Shown piece after piece: positions 25,360 through 38,308 of a DNA stretch of 64,000 nucleotides (its first letter is position 1; the number at the start of each line of letters is the position of its first letter). This stretch comes from Mobula hypostoma (taxonomy: Eukaryota). Below the pieces are notes generated by a model. The model was not told the DNA's origin, ran no database searches, and worked only from the letters and a program-made list of their open reading frames with translations. The stretch spans positions 29,266,001-29,330,000 of the forward strand of contig NC_086109.1 in assembly GCF_963921235.1 (NCBI RefSeq), in the 5' to 3' direction. The position numbers and the translations under genes are program-made.

Positions 25360-26600
25360 CACCACAATAAGGACTCTTGTGTACTCTCCCAAATTGCCTT
25401 TGCTAAGGTTGAGTGCAAGGTTATATTGCGATACCACTCAACCAGCTGATCTACCTCACTCCAGTATGCCTCATCATCATGTTCTGAAATTCCGCCAATG
25501 ATAATGGTATCATCAGTGAATTTATACGTAGATGAGTTTCAGTTGCAATTATCCACACAGTCATGAGTGTAGAGAGAATAAAACATGTATCCTTGAGGTG
25601 TACGTGTGTTGATAGACATGGAGGAGGAGATGTCATTACTGATCCACACTGACTGTGGTTTCCCAATGAGGAAGCTGAGGATCCAATTGCAGAAGGAGGT
25701 ACAGAGGCCCAGGTTTTGAAGCCTGGATATCAGTACTGAGGAATTGTGGTATTGAATGCTGAGCTATAATCGGTGAATAGCAGCCAGACATATGTCTCAA
25801 AGTTGCCCAGCTGCTCTGAATCAGAGTGGGGAGCCAGTCAGACTGCATACTCTGTAAGCCTTTTCCAGCAGTAGGTAGATTGCAGCAGGTCTTGCTCCAT
25901 ACTCAGGCTGTTGATTCTAGCCATAACCAACCTCTCAAACCATTTCCTTATAGTAGAAATCCAATCGCCGAAATGTCGACTGTACTTTTTTCCATAGATG
26001 CTGCCTGGCCTGTTGATTTCCTCCAGCATTTTGTCTGTGTTGCTCATTACAGTAGATGTGAGTACTACCAGATGATAGTCATTGAGGAAGATTATCCTGT
26101 TCTTCTTGGGCACTGGAATGATTGTTGCCCTCTTGAAGCGGGTAGAAATTTCAGATCACAGAAATAAGATGTCTTTAAACACTCCAGACAGCTGGTCAGT
26201 CCAGGTTTTCAGTATCTGGATATTAGCCAGATTATCGTGGTGCTGGATGCTGTGGAGAATTGCACAGGTGTAATGTTGTTCTCCTTCTTAAAGTGTGCAT
26301 TCAGCCTTAAGGTAAGTCAAGCAACATTGCCATTTATGGTGTTAGGTTTTGTCTTAAACAGTAGAAAGTAGTGGCGTGCAAACCCTACCTGCGGTTGTGT
26401 ATCTGATTCTGTCATTAGATTCAGTCAGACTTAGCTTTGTTCTCTCACAATGTCCTTCCGTAGTTTGTACTTGGACTTCTAGTAGAGTACTGGATCACCA
26501 GTTTGAACACTATAGATCTAGCCCGATACAGACTGAATCTCCTGGTTCATCCAGGGCTTCTGCTTTGGGAAGACTCTGCTATCACTACTTAGGCAAGTGT
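25360..26600 (-). mobile_element. Old Rex1-like RT fragment with a short Penelope pseudo-LTR insert (25958-26046)
   Basis: NDYHLVVLTSTVM...WFERLVMARIN split by the insert; TSD ttatagtaga (25948-25957) / ttacagtaga (26047-26056). Confidence 0.7.
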
Positions 26601-26624
26601 TTGCTCCGCAAGTAATTTTTGTTT

Positions 26625-27200
26625 AAGAACAAAAGAAATAGAAGCAGGAATACTAGGCCATTTGGCTCCACAAGCCTGATCCACCATTCCAGAAGATCAG
26701 AGTTCATCTTTCAACTTCAAGCCATTCACTTGCCTTGTTCCCACATTGCTCTATTCTTTTAATATTCCAGAAATATATCAATCTCAGCTTTGAATAAACT
26801 CAGGGATTGAGTCAACACAGACTTCTGGGATAGAGAATTCCTAAGATCACCACCCACTGCATGAAGACATTGTTCCTCATCTCTGCTCTAAAATCCTTAA
26901 CTTCTAAGCTCCTCACCCAGGGGAAACATCCTCCCTGCATCCAGCCTGTATGAATTTGGTATGTTTCGATGAGCTCTCTTCTCATAAAAAAATGAGTACT
27001 CAAAGTCTTTTCATGTGGCACAGCCATCATTCCTGGAAGCAGTCCAGTCTTTCCTGTACTTCTTCAGGTAAGAAGACAGAAAATGAACACAATATTCCAG
27101 CTGCACTCTCACCAAAGCTCTTTATAACTGTAGTAAGACACCATTACTCCTGTATGCAATTCCCCCTCATACCATTAATTGCTTTCTGCGCTTATATATA
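26625..27200 (-). mobile_element. Decayed CR1 3' fragment
   Basis: RELIETYQI...FRAEMRNNVFMQWVV; CR1 tail near 26630-26700. Confidence 0.7.
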
Positions 27201-27989
27201 CGTGTGTCAAATATATTTCTCAAAATTACAGTGAGCAATGAGTCCTTTTGAATGCACCTATTCTTTGTCTTTATCACTCCTCTCTGAAGGCTGTGACTCA
27301 TAATGATTCCATAGAAATTGTATCTATGCATCTGGCATGAAAGCTGCACATCGGTATCTGATTTTAATCTGCACCCCCTCATTTCCCAGTGGAAGTGGTG
27401 TTTAGAAGTTCAAATTTAAAATCTCTACTACTCAGCACCCACCAAATTCCAAACTATTTAAACTGTTATTCACTCTAAATAAGATCATTGCTGTTGCTCC
27501 CATGAACAAAGGGTAAGTTAACACAACGGTTGAAGTCTGATGAGATAATCAATGTACAACATGGTTGCCTGGCAACAAATCCAGAGTGGCAGTGCCAACA
27601 GATCTAGTTGTGGCCATTTTGAGATTTCTTGTGGGCAAGAGGGAGCAAGAATGATGCCAATAAGCAGCCCAGTCGTCCTTAAGACACCTTGCTGTAGCTC
27701 TGACCAGCCCATACCACAATCCCTCTGGAAGCCATGGTTCTCCTCAAAGCCACCCTTTCCTGGGTTGTCAAGTTCTGTTTCCATGCATTCCCAGCAACAG
27801 GCTTCAGCTATTAAATCTGCACCCTCATAAAGTATTTAAATAGTGACCTAGAAATAAAATAGGAAGGCCTTGAATGTCATATTTATCATGCCCCGCAATG
27901 GGTTTACATCACACTTCCTCCTCCTACATTGATTTTAGTACATGCTTGCATGGGCCATTTAAGCACTGGAACTTTAATACCTTCTTTCA

Positions 27990-28172
27990 TATTTAAGAGG
28001 GAGTTAGATATGGCCCTTGTGGCTACGGGGGTCAGGGGGTATGGAGGGAAGGCTGGGGCGGGGTTCTGAGTTGGATGATCAGCCATGATCATAATAAATG
28101 GCGGTGCAGGCTCAAAGGGCCGAATGGCCTACTCCTGCACCTATTTTCTATGTTTCTATGTTTCTATGTTTC
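27990..28172 (+). mobile_element. Short young CR1 3' end, same subfamily as the 46.5-49.3 kb copy
   Basis: Near identity to the reverse complement of 46531-46705; (tttctatg)n tail. Confidence 0.9.
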
Positions 28173-28654
28173 CAGTCAAAGGATATTGAAAACAACTAAC
28201 GAACAACAAAATTTATAATTATTACTAGAAGCATAACTCCTAGTTAATGGTTTTGCAAAACCATACTTGGAAAACAATTTTTCTAATCATGATACCTTCC
28301 AAAACTCCCTCATCAAAGAGTTTCTACTGCAGACCATCCTTTTATCCTTTTACCACCCACTGGATCACTTGGTCTGGCACGTAATGTCAGGATTGGTCTC
28401 CTTTTGGATTAACAGGGTCACGGCGTGAACGTTCCTGACTCAACCTCACCTGATTTAGCTGACACTGACCTGCTCAACATCAACCAAACAACACTAGAGT
28501 GGCTGGCTGTCTGGTGTGACAAGCTATGATGATACTGCAGACCATGACTAACTTATAAGAGGAGTCATTAGTTACTGCAAAATTATCAGTAATAATTCTG
28601 CAAAATCTTCCGTGTTCCCAAGCATACAAGCAAATGAGAGAGGGTTTGATTGGA

Positions 28655-29022
28655 ATGTATTGAATATTAAAAGGCTCAGATAGAGTGGATATGGAGAGGA
28701 TGTTTCCTACAGTGAGGGACTCTGGGACCAGAGGGCATAGCCTCAGGATATAAGAATATTACTTTAGAATAGAGATAAGGAGAAACTTCTTTAGCCAGAC
28801 GGTTGTGAATCTGTGAAATTCATTGCCACAGACGGCTGTGGAGGCCAAGTCATTGGGTATATTTAAAGCAGAGGTTGAAAGGTTCTTGATTAGTAAGGGC
28901 ATCAAGGGTTATGAAGAGAAGGCAGGAGAATGGGAGGGATAATAAATCAACCATGATGAAATGGTGAAGCAGACTCGATGGGCCAAATGGCCTAATCTGT
29001 TGCTCTGTCTTATTGTCTTATA
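28655..29022 (+). mobile_element. CR1 3' fragment
   Basis: ...RVDMERMFP...FRIEIRRNFFSQTVVNL... followed by CR1 tail. Confidence 0.85.
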
Positions 29023-29868
29023 GTCAAACCAATATTAGTGTTCTCTCCCTCGTCAGGAACCCCAGTATAGAACCCCTGGTTACACTCAGTTGATTATAGT
29101 GAGCAGACTATATTGTTCACATAGTTCTGAAACAGACTAGCTCAGTCATGGGAGGAGATTACCAGGGGCAAGATTCAAGGCCGTAGTCAGACCCTCCTTG
29201 AAGGGAAGCGACATCCCTGCAGCTCTTGGTTATCAGCTCAAAATGTAGAAGGAACATTTAGGGTTTCTTTGGGAACCTCAGAATATGCAAAGGGAACACA
29301 GGGGCTGAAGCAGTGGACCTCCTCACCCCTTCCCCCACTGCCCTGTCTATTATCACCTGCCCCATCTGTGGACGAAAGTACAGTACTCAAATTTTTGTGC
29401 ATCAGAACACTCAGGGAAAGGAATCATACTCAATCCAGAGGGGAGAAAATACTGACGATGGACAGTAGGTAAGGCAATATCTGTGGGAGGTGAAAGAGCT
29501 AAGAATTACTGTGACCTATCAGAGATCACGTTTATACTGCAACATATCCAATAAGAAGCATTAACTCCATCTACCATCTGCTCCATCAGTGGAAAAGTTT
29601 GTTTCCCAATTTAGCCTCATCAACCATCTCAGCGTCAATAAAATTACCTTGTCCTGATCCTACAGGACTGCCAAAGACAAACAAAAAGAAGACAGCTTTC
29701 GTCAGGGATCAAAACTGCGTCTGTAGCTTACAGTATCATACTAATCACTAAGCCGCAAGGAGGAGAAAACAATTATGACAGTCTTTTGTGGTGTCATTTT
29801 ACTCTTAAAGTGCCTTCATTTCAGAAATCACTAGCAGCTTAAAGTTTCGAAAACATGTTACATTAAAG

Positions 29869-30639
29869 CAGGGGTCCCCAACCTTTTTTGCACCTCGGAC
29901 CAGTTTAATATTGACAATATTCTTGCGGACCAGCCGACCGGGGGGTGGGTGTTCAAGTAGGGTTAAACTCACCAGAATATGTCTTTTACAGTTAGAGTTG
30001 CCAACTTTCTCACTCCCAACTAAGGGACAAGAGTAGCAGTCAAATCCCGGGACACTTTACCCCAGGAAAGACTACCATGACCATGAAGCCTTGCGTGGGC
30101 ACCTGTGTGCACATGCGTGACGTGTGCATGTGATGTGCGCATGCGTGTATGTGCCGATTTTTTTCCCCACAAATCGGTTTTGCCTTCATCTTCCCGACTA
30201 TACTGTACATACATTATTTCTACTTTATATAGGCTGTGTATTTACCATATCATTCCTGCTTTTACTATATGCAAGTGTTATTTTCGGTTTTATGTGTTAC
30301 TTGGTATGATTTGGTAGTTTTTTTTGGGTCTGGGAACGCTCAAAGATTTTTCCCATATAAATTAATGGTAATTGCTTCTTCGCTTCACGCCATTTTGGCA
30401 CAAACAGTTTCATAGGAATGCTCTACCTTAGTGGGGGAAATACGGGACAAGCCAATTTAGCCCAATATACGGGATGTCCCGGCAAATACGGGTCAGTTGG
30501 CAACCCTATGTTCAAGTTCAACAGTGTGTGACAGGGAATGAGGAAAAGGTGCAGCTGACTCATATCGTTTCTTCGTGGCCTGGTAGCACATGCTTTGCGG
30601 CCCGGTACCGGTCCAGGGCCCGGTGTTTGGGGACCGCTG
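29869..30639 (+). mobile_element. hAT (Charlie-type) MITE, composite
   Basis: TIRs caggggtccccaa / ttggggaccgctg; perfect 8-bp TSD cattaaag at 29861-29868 and 30640-30647. Confidence 0.92.
29958..30508. mobile_element. Nested hAT (Tip100-type TAGGGTTGCCA ends) MITE
   Basis: Starts tagggtt, has a second TIR copy tagagttgccaact at 29993, ends agttggcaacccta; perfect 8-bp TSD tgttcaag at 29950-29957 and 30509-30516. Confidence 0.85.
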
Positions 30640-31119
30640 CATTAAAGGTTAAACTGACCTTGACAATGCACTTGAGACCCATATCTGATACAAATAAAAA
30701 AAATCTCCTCTAAAAGTTCCAGCTAAAGCTAAGGTCACATGTTCAAATTGATATTCTATTCAATGTAAACTTATATAGCAAAATATTCAATTTTATCTTG
30801 AAACATATACTTATTTCATGTTCTTTTCTTAAACATACTTTCCATAAGTTTGGTCTTTGACAGAAGAATGAAACCAAGGATTGTTGAGAATGTGACTGCG
30901 AAATTTAAAAACGTGAAAAATCTACAAAATATAATCTCCAAAAATAAAAAGCAATGGCAAAAACTGACCAACCCGTCTTGCATTAAATTGAGTATTGTTT
31001 TGCTTAAATCATTTTATCACAAAATGTAATTAAATTTATTTATCTCTCTGTTCCATTGTTCAGATATTCATCTCAAAGGTACTTTTATGATTTGACCAAA
31101 CTTTCAGAAGTTCACAAAT

Positions 31120-31870
31120 AGATTCATAAAATCAGTTAGTCATACAAGATGGAAACAAACTGTTCAGCCTAACTTGTCCATGCTGACCAAGGTGCCAATA
31201 TAAAATAATCCTATTTGCCTGCACTTGACCCATATCCCTTTAAAAATTTTCCTATCCTTGTATAATGATTGTTAAATGCTGCAATTATACCTGCCTCTGC
31301 CATATTCTTTGACAGTTCATTCCCTCAGTGTAGAAATAAAATCACTCCTCAGGTTCCTATTAGATCTTAAAGCCATAGAAAAGCACAGCACAGAAACAGG
31401 TTCTTCGACCCATTTAGTTCGCGCTGAACCGTATAAACTGCCTACTTCCATTGACCTGCACCGGGACCATAACCCTCCATACCCCTATCATCCATATACC
31501 AATCCAAATTTTTCTGAAACAATGAAATCAAACTTGCATGCACCACTTCTGCTGGCAGCTTATTCCATTCTCCCGCAATCCTCCGAGTGGAGAAAATTCC
31601 CCTCATGTTCTCCTTGAACTTTTCATTTTTCACCCTTAACCCATGATGTCTAGTTGTAGTCCCACCCAGCCTCAGTGGAAAAAACCTGCTTGCACTTACC
31701 TTATTTATACCCTTCTTAATTTTGTATACTTCTATTAAATCTCCACACAATCTTCTACGTTTCAAGGAAAAAAGTGCTAACCTATTCAATCTTTCCTTAT
31801 AACTCAGGTCCTCCAGACCTGGCAACATCCTTGTAAGTTTTCTCTGTACTCTTTTAAGCTTGTTTACATC
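31120..31870 (-). mobile_element. Two adjacent CR1 3' fragments
   Basis: ORF 31442..31828 MLPGLEDLSYKERLNRL...GDLIEVYKI; separate CR1 tails near 31135 and 31372. Confidence 0.85.
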
Positions 31871-32089
31871 ATTCCTTATTGTTACTTTTTATTTTTATAC
31901 TATTTTGATATACTTATGTTTTGATATATGCTGCTTGGATGGCATGCAAAACACAGTATATGTGGCAATAATAATTCCCAATTATCCTCCCATCTTAAAC
32001 TTGTGCGCTCTAATTTATCCTATCTGTGCCCATCAAAATTATATATGTAAGGGGTTTCTTCTTTTATGTTTTTGCCAAGGTTAATAAAA

Positions 32090-32530
32090 TAGCTTCTTTG
32101 TTATGTCTGGTCTGGACAGAAATTTGTGCAATTTCAACATAGCATCCCATCTCTTGCAGTCAATATACTATCCAAAGAATGCAAGAACACAAAATGCCTT
32201 CATCACTGCCCTGTCTGTCTCTATTGCCACTTTCAGGGAACTATGTATGTCCTTTATCACTAGATCTGTTGATCTGTTAATCTGTTGATTCAACAACACA
32301 GACCAGGACCCTACTAATTCACTTTGTATGTCATATCCTGGTTTAACCTCCCAGTTATCAACAATTGTCTGAATCAACTTTCATCTGCTCACTTTCCCAG
32401 TTGATCAAAAATCCTGTTGTAACCACAGACCACCTTCTTTAATTTTGGTGTCATCTGTAAATTTACCCATAATCTCACCCAATCACAAATATGTACGAAC
32501 ATCAAGGGACTCAGCACCCATTCCTGCAAT
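32090..32530 (-). mobile_element. Decayed CR1 RT fragment
   Basis: aattttggtgtcatctgtaaattt (reverse complement KFTDDTKI); AVMKAFCVLAF. Confidence 0.65.
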
Positions 32531-32879
32531 TGTATGAACTTTTATTGACAGCACACAAATCTCACCAAGTCAGTCTTAGATTGCCCACGTGTGTGAGTGG
32601 CTCATTATATAAGGTTTTCGTTCTGCAAAACTAAACAATTCCAAGCATTTTCTCTGTCTGCTCATTTCTCTGGTGGTTTTCTTTGTACTGTTGTTAATCT
32701 CTGTCAACAAATCAGGAATATGGAGCTTAGCATCAGATACAAAATAGACAATGGATGCAAAGCTGTAATGCCATAATACAGAAGAACATGAACACATATA
32801 GATACTCTTACAAATTTCAAACAAAGCCACTCTGTCCACCGTTCCTATTCTGATTCCCTTAACTCGCAGGTAAGATGCT

Positions 32880-33365
32880 AGCTTTCATTTCAAAGATCTA
32901 GAATATAAAAACAAGGCTGAAGATTTATGAGGCCTGCATCAGACCTCACTTGCACTGATATGAGCAGCTTAAGGACCCACATATAAGGGAGGATGTGATG
33001 GCACGGGGGAGGGTGCAAAGAAGTTTACAAGAATGATCCTGGGGATGAAAGGGTTAATTATGAGCAGTGTTTGATGGCTCCGGGCCTGTACTTGCTGGAG
33101 TTCAGAAGAATGAGGGAGGACCTCACTGAAGCCTACTGGATAATGAAAGAGCTCATTAGGGTGGACATGGAGAGGATGTTTTCAATACCAGGAGAGTAAC
33201 AACTTTAGAATAGAAGGTTGACCCTTTAAGACAGAGATGTGGAGGAATTTCTATAGCCAGAGGATTGTGAATCTGTGGAATTTATTGCTGCACACAAACA
33301 TGGAGGCCAAGACTTTGGGTATACTTAAACCAGAGTTCTTGATTAGTAAGGACATCAAAGGTTAC
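32880..33365 (+). mobile_element. Decayed CR1 3' fragment
   Basis: VQRSLQ..., LEFRRMREDLTEAY, PFKTEMWRNF. Confidence 0.7.
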
Positions 33366-33469
33366 TACTTTTTCTACCTGAAACTCATTACTTTCTCTCA
33401 TCTCTGCCTCTGAGGACAGTGATTTATGAAATTTATATTGACCTTTATGGTTTGTTAAGGTTGTTATAT

Positions 33470-34045
33470 CAGGGGGTGGTAAGAGAGATAAACTCCCACT
33501 ACCTATTAAATGCTCCCAATGGTGTGCATCTCAAATAGCCTCTGAGAACCAAGTCCAGCTTCTGGCCTTCATATGTGGCTGACCTTGAGTCCCTGTGGAA
33601 CTGTTTCTACAAACAGAAGGAAGGGCAAAGGCAGCTTACTGGTGCCTTAAAACCAGTTGCTTTGGGCGGATGGGTCTTACCAGCTGTGGTCGGCAGCTCA
33701 TCTAGGAGAAGGAAAACTCTGGTCTCAAACCTCCGCTGTCTTGCGGCTATACCCCCTCATAGGGAAGGCTTCAGGAGTAAACCTTGACGGAAAAATGTGG
33801 AGCTGGCATCCCTAAGGTCGGCCTACTTTGGGTTCAATGCTGACTGACAACTCCTGCGCCGCTGCTGGTACTAATTCGTATCGTCCTCTGTAGTTCCTTT
33901 GTGTTCATCGGCTGCGTGGAGAGGGGGAGCTTGCTGCATGGGCAACAGCTTGCTCTCCAAATCATACCACCCAGGCTTGCATAGCTAGATAGCTAGGATG
34001 CATTATCCATGATCAACTCTGATCGACTGAGGCCTCCTTCACTCA
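33470..34045 (+). mobile_element. RTE-related non-coding element; partial second copy at 56157-56278
   Basis: ggtgccttaaaaccag...ggcagctcatctaggagaaggaaaactctggtctcaaacctccgctgtcttgcggctatacc shared with 56157-56278; its 3' part is shared with the CORE SINE tail. Confidence 0.6.
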
Positions 34046-34056
34046 TAGATCATCAT

Positions 34057-34410
34057 GTAGAAACATAGAAAACCTACAGCACAATACAGGCCCTTCGGCC
34101 CACAAAGCTGTGCCGAACATTTTCTTACCTTAGAAATTACCTAGGGTTACCCATAGCCCTCTATTTTTCTGAGCTCCATGTACCTGTCCAGGAGTCTCTT
34201 AGAAGACCCTATCGTATCCACCTCCACCACTGTCGACAGCAGCCCATTCCATTCACTCACCTCTCTCTGTGTAAAAACTTACCCCTGAGATCTCCTCTGT
34301 ACCTGCTTCCAAGCGCTTTAAAACTGTGACCTCTCGCTCTAGCCATTTCAGCCCTGGGAAAAAGCCTCCGACTATCCATACAATCAATATCTCTCATCAT
34401 CTTATACACT
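34057..34410 (-). mobile_element. CR1 3' end, same subfamily as 1400-1785
   Basis: Reverse complement aligns with 1430-1785. Confidence 0.88.
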
Positions 34411-35814
34411 GCAATTCATTTCTGATAACTAGATCACATAACCATCCCTCCTGTTGAGTCTAAATAGTGTGCATTAGAAGGCAATTTGTCATTGGCCCTT
34501 CGCTCTTAGACATCCCCTTTAAAGAGATAGCACAGCAAATCCACAAGTAGCACTAGACATTTACTGGCAATCATTTATTGGATGTGTGAAATCAGCTCCT
34601 TCTTCACTTACAGTCAATTCTGAGCGAGCTAAGTCAAACTTTGTCCGAAGCAAACCTCAACACATTACACTTTCCAGCAAGAGTTTAATATGGCTTATAA
34701 ACTTCTTTTCCTCAGTCCTCAATTACATTTCCTTCTGCCAATTGCATATAGACCAAGTGACTGAAAGTATGAGACAAAAGAAACTCCAGATGCTGGACGC
34801 TGAAATAAGCAAGCCGTTCGTGGTCAGGCTGCATCTGCGAACGGAAAATGAAAGACCCTTCGTTTGGACTCTCAATGTGTTAATTGTCCATTTTCCTCCA
34901 AGATCTGCCTGACTTTGCTAAATCCCTCCTGCAGTTTGTCCCTTCATCAGAATTCAAAGTTCAAAAAGTTCAAATTAAAATTTATTATCAGAGTACAAGC
35001 TGTACATGTCATTACATACAACCCTGAGATTCTTTTTCAATAGAACCATAACTGGAAACTGGAAACAAACTGTGCAAATGCAGATAATAAATAAACAGTC
35101 ATAAGTATCAAGCATGAAATAACAATATATAACAGAGCCCATCTTTAAGTGAGCGTAGCGATCCCCTTTTGTTCAAGTCTGATAGTTGAGGGTTAGTAGC
35201 TGTTCCTAGATCTGTTGTTGCGAGTCCAGAGGCATTTGTACGTTCTTCCTGAAGGCAGCAGTAAGAAAAAAGCATGGCCTGGGTGGTGAGGATCTTTGAT
35301 GATGAATGCTGCCTTTCTATGCAACATTTCATGTAGATATGTTCAGTGATTGGGAGGGTATTACCTGTGATGTACAGGGCCAAATCCATTACATTTTATA
35401 CGAATTTCCGCTCAAAGGCATTGGTGTTCCCATACCAAGCCTTAATGCAGTCAACACATTTTTCATCACACATCCATGGAAGTTTGCCAAGGTTTTCAAT
35501 GACATGTTGATTCTCCACAGAATCCTGAAGAAGTAAAGACTCTTTTGTGCTTTCTTCACAATAATATTTATATGATGGGTCCAGAACAGGTTCTCTGAGA
35601 TAGTGAAACCCAGGTATTTAAAGTTACTGACCCTTTCCACCTCTGATCCTCTGATGATTACTGGCCATGGACCACTGGTTTCCCTCTCCTGAAACCTACA
35701 ATCAGTTCCTTGGTCTCACTGACATTGAGTGAGAGGATGTTGTTATTACACCACTCAGCCAAGTTTTCAATCTCCCTCCTGTATGCTGATTCATCACCCC
35801 CTTTAATACAGCCC

Positions 35815-36132
35815 TAGTGCGGGCAGGTGGCCAAGTGGTTAAGGCATTGGACTAGCGACCTGAAGGTCGTGAGTTCAAGCCCCAGCCGAGGCAACATGTG
35901 TTGTGGCGTTGAGCAAGGCACTTAATCACACATTGCTCTGCGACGACACTGGTGCCAAACTGTATGGGTCCTAATGCCCTTCCCTTGGAAAACATTGGTG
36001 TCGTGGAGAGGAGACACTTGCAGCATGGGCAACTGCTGGTCTTCCATACAACCTTGCCCAGGCCTGCGCCCTGAAGAGTGAAGACTTTCCAGGGGCAGAT
36101 CCATGGTCTCGCAAGACTAACGGATGCCTTTA
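35815..36132 (+). mobile_element. tRNA-derived CORE-like SINE with RTE-like tail, intact copy
   Basis: A box TGGCCAAGTGG 35828-35838, B box GTTCAAGCC 35873-35881, CORE-like ttgagcaaggcacttaa; 14-bp TSD ctttaatacagccc (35801-35814) / ctttgatacagccc (36133-36146). Confidence 0.92.
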
Positions 36133-37639
36133 CTTTGATACAGCCCACAAGAGTGGTGTCATCAGCAAACTTGTATATGGTGTTGGAGCTGTACTTAGAC
36201 ACACAGTCATAGGTGTAAAGCAAATAGAGCAGGGAGCTAAGCACACAGCCCTTTGATGCTCCTGCGCTGATGGACATTGTGGAGGAGATGTTTTTGTCAA
36301 TCCGAACTGACTGGGGGCTACAGGTGAGGAAATCCAGGATCAAATTGCACAAGGAGGTATTGAGGCCCAGGTCTTGGAGTTTACTCATTAGTTTTGAGGG
36401 GATGATGGTGTTAAATGTCAGCTGTAATTGATAAAGAGCATCCTGATGTGTGCATTTTTGCCAGCCAGATGTTCCAGTGTTGTGTAAAGATCCAATGAGA
36501 AAGCATCTGCTGTTGACCTCTTGCTTCAGTAGGCAAATTGGAACAGATCCAAGTCACCATTCAGACAGGAGCTGATGTGCTTCAACATCAGCCTCTCAAA
36601 ACACTTCATACTGTGGATGTGACAATCATTTCGACAGGTTACCATGCTCTTCTAGGGCACCGGTATGATTGAAACCTGCTTGAGACAGGTAGGTACAACA
36701 AACAGCCAGTGCAAGAGGTTGAAGATATCTATGAATACTCCAGTCAGTTGGTCAGCACAGGTCTTCAGTACTCAGCCAGATACTCCATCTGGACCAGATG
36801 CTTTCCTTGGATTCACTCTCTTGAAGGCAGCCCGCACGTCATCTTCAGATACTGAGATTAAAGGATCGTCGGTAGACATGGTGGTACAAGATGGTTCCTC
36901 CCTATTCTGGTGATCAAAGTGAGCATAGAAGGCATTGATTTCATCTGGAAGCAAAGCTCTGCTGTCCCCTACGTTGCAAGATTTAGTTTTGTAGGAGGTT
37001 ATGGAATTCAGACCCTGCCACAACTGTCGAGCATCCCTCGTTGATTCCAGTCTAGTTCGGAATCTCCACTTCCCCCTTGAGACGGCTTTCCGGAGATCAT
37101 ACCTGCACCTCTTGTGGCATTCTTGATCTCCAGACCTGAATGCCTCTGATCTGGCTCTCAGCAGGTTCTAGATTTCATTGTTTATCCAGAGCTTCTGATT
37201 GGAGAAAACCCTGAATGGTGTTGTGGGGATACACTCCTCCACAGCTGTTTTAATAAATTCTGTAACGACCCTGGTGTAGTCGTCCTCAGATGAGTTCTTG
37301 ATCACGGTCCAGTCCACTGACTCAAGGCAATCTTGTAACGGTTCCTCATCCTCCCATGACCACCTCTTGGTTGTCTTGATCTCTGGAGCCTTGCTTTCTA
37401 GGCTCTGTCAGTATGGAGGAAACAGAAGTACAACCAAATGATCTAACTTGCCAAAATGTGGTCTCAGGAAGGTACCATAGGCATTCATTATCATAGTGCA
37501 GCAGTAGTCTAGTGTGTTGGGACTTCTGGTGCAACAGGTTATGTGCTGGTGATCATTGGGCAGGGTTTTCTTCAAATAGGCCTGTTTAAAGACAGCAACC
37601 ATAATTTGAAATGTGTCAGGATGGGCCGTTTCTTGTTTA

Positions 37640-38308
37640 TTAGATTATTAGATTAGATTAAATTAGATTATGAGGACACGCAGTCCTCTTTTATTGTCAT
37701 TTAGAAATGCATTAAGAAACGAATACAATGTTCCTCCAATATGATATCACAGAAACACAGGACAAACCAAGGCTAAAAAAACTGACAAAAACCACATAAT
37801 TATAACATATAGTTACAACAGTGCAAACCAATACCGTAATTTGATAAAGAACAGACCATGTGCACGATAAAAAAAAGTCTCTCGAAAGTCCCATAATCTC
37901 ACGCAGACGGTAGAAGAGAGAAATTCTCCCTGCCATGAGCCTCCAGCACCACAAACTTGCTGATGCAGCATCCTAGAAGCACCCGACCACAGCTGACTCT
38001 TGAGTCCGTCCGAAAACTTCGAGCCTCCGACACCGAGCACCATCTCTGCCGAGCGCTTCGACCCCGGCCCCAGCAACAGGCAATAGGCAAAACCGAGGAT
38101 TTGGGGCCTTCCCCTCCGGAGATTCTCGATCGCACAGTAACAGCAGCAGCGAAGCAGGTATTTCAGAAGTTTCTCCAGATGTTCCTCTTTGCTTCTCATG
38201 TCTGTGTCCATCAAATCAGGATTGTGCACGGTACCTATTTACAAATACCAATATCATTTCGGAGCGGCCGTGCACGCTGTGTCGCGCCGCCATCTTCTCT
38301 TCCCCTCC
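37640..38308 (-). mobile_element. ~670-bp non-coding LINE-dependent element, copy 1
   Basis: 5' aagatggcggcgcgac, GC-rich body, 3' gacaataaaagaggactg...cataatct(aatct)n; ttta duplicated at 37636-37639 / 38309-38312; colinear with 41822-42503. Confidence 0.85.

Noticed and set aside
35821..35892. tRNA gene
   Set aside because: A and B boxes are present but there is no clean cloverleaf; it continues into SINE body, has a TSD and a second copy
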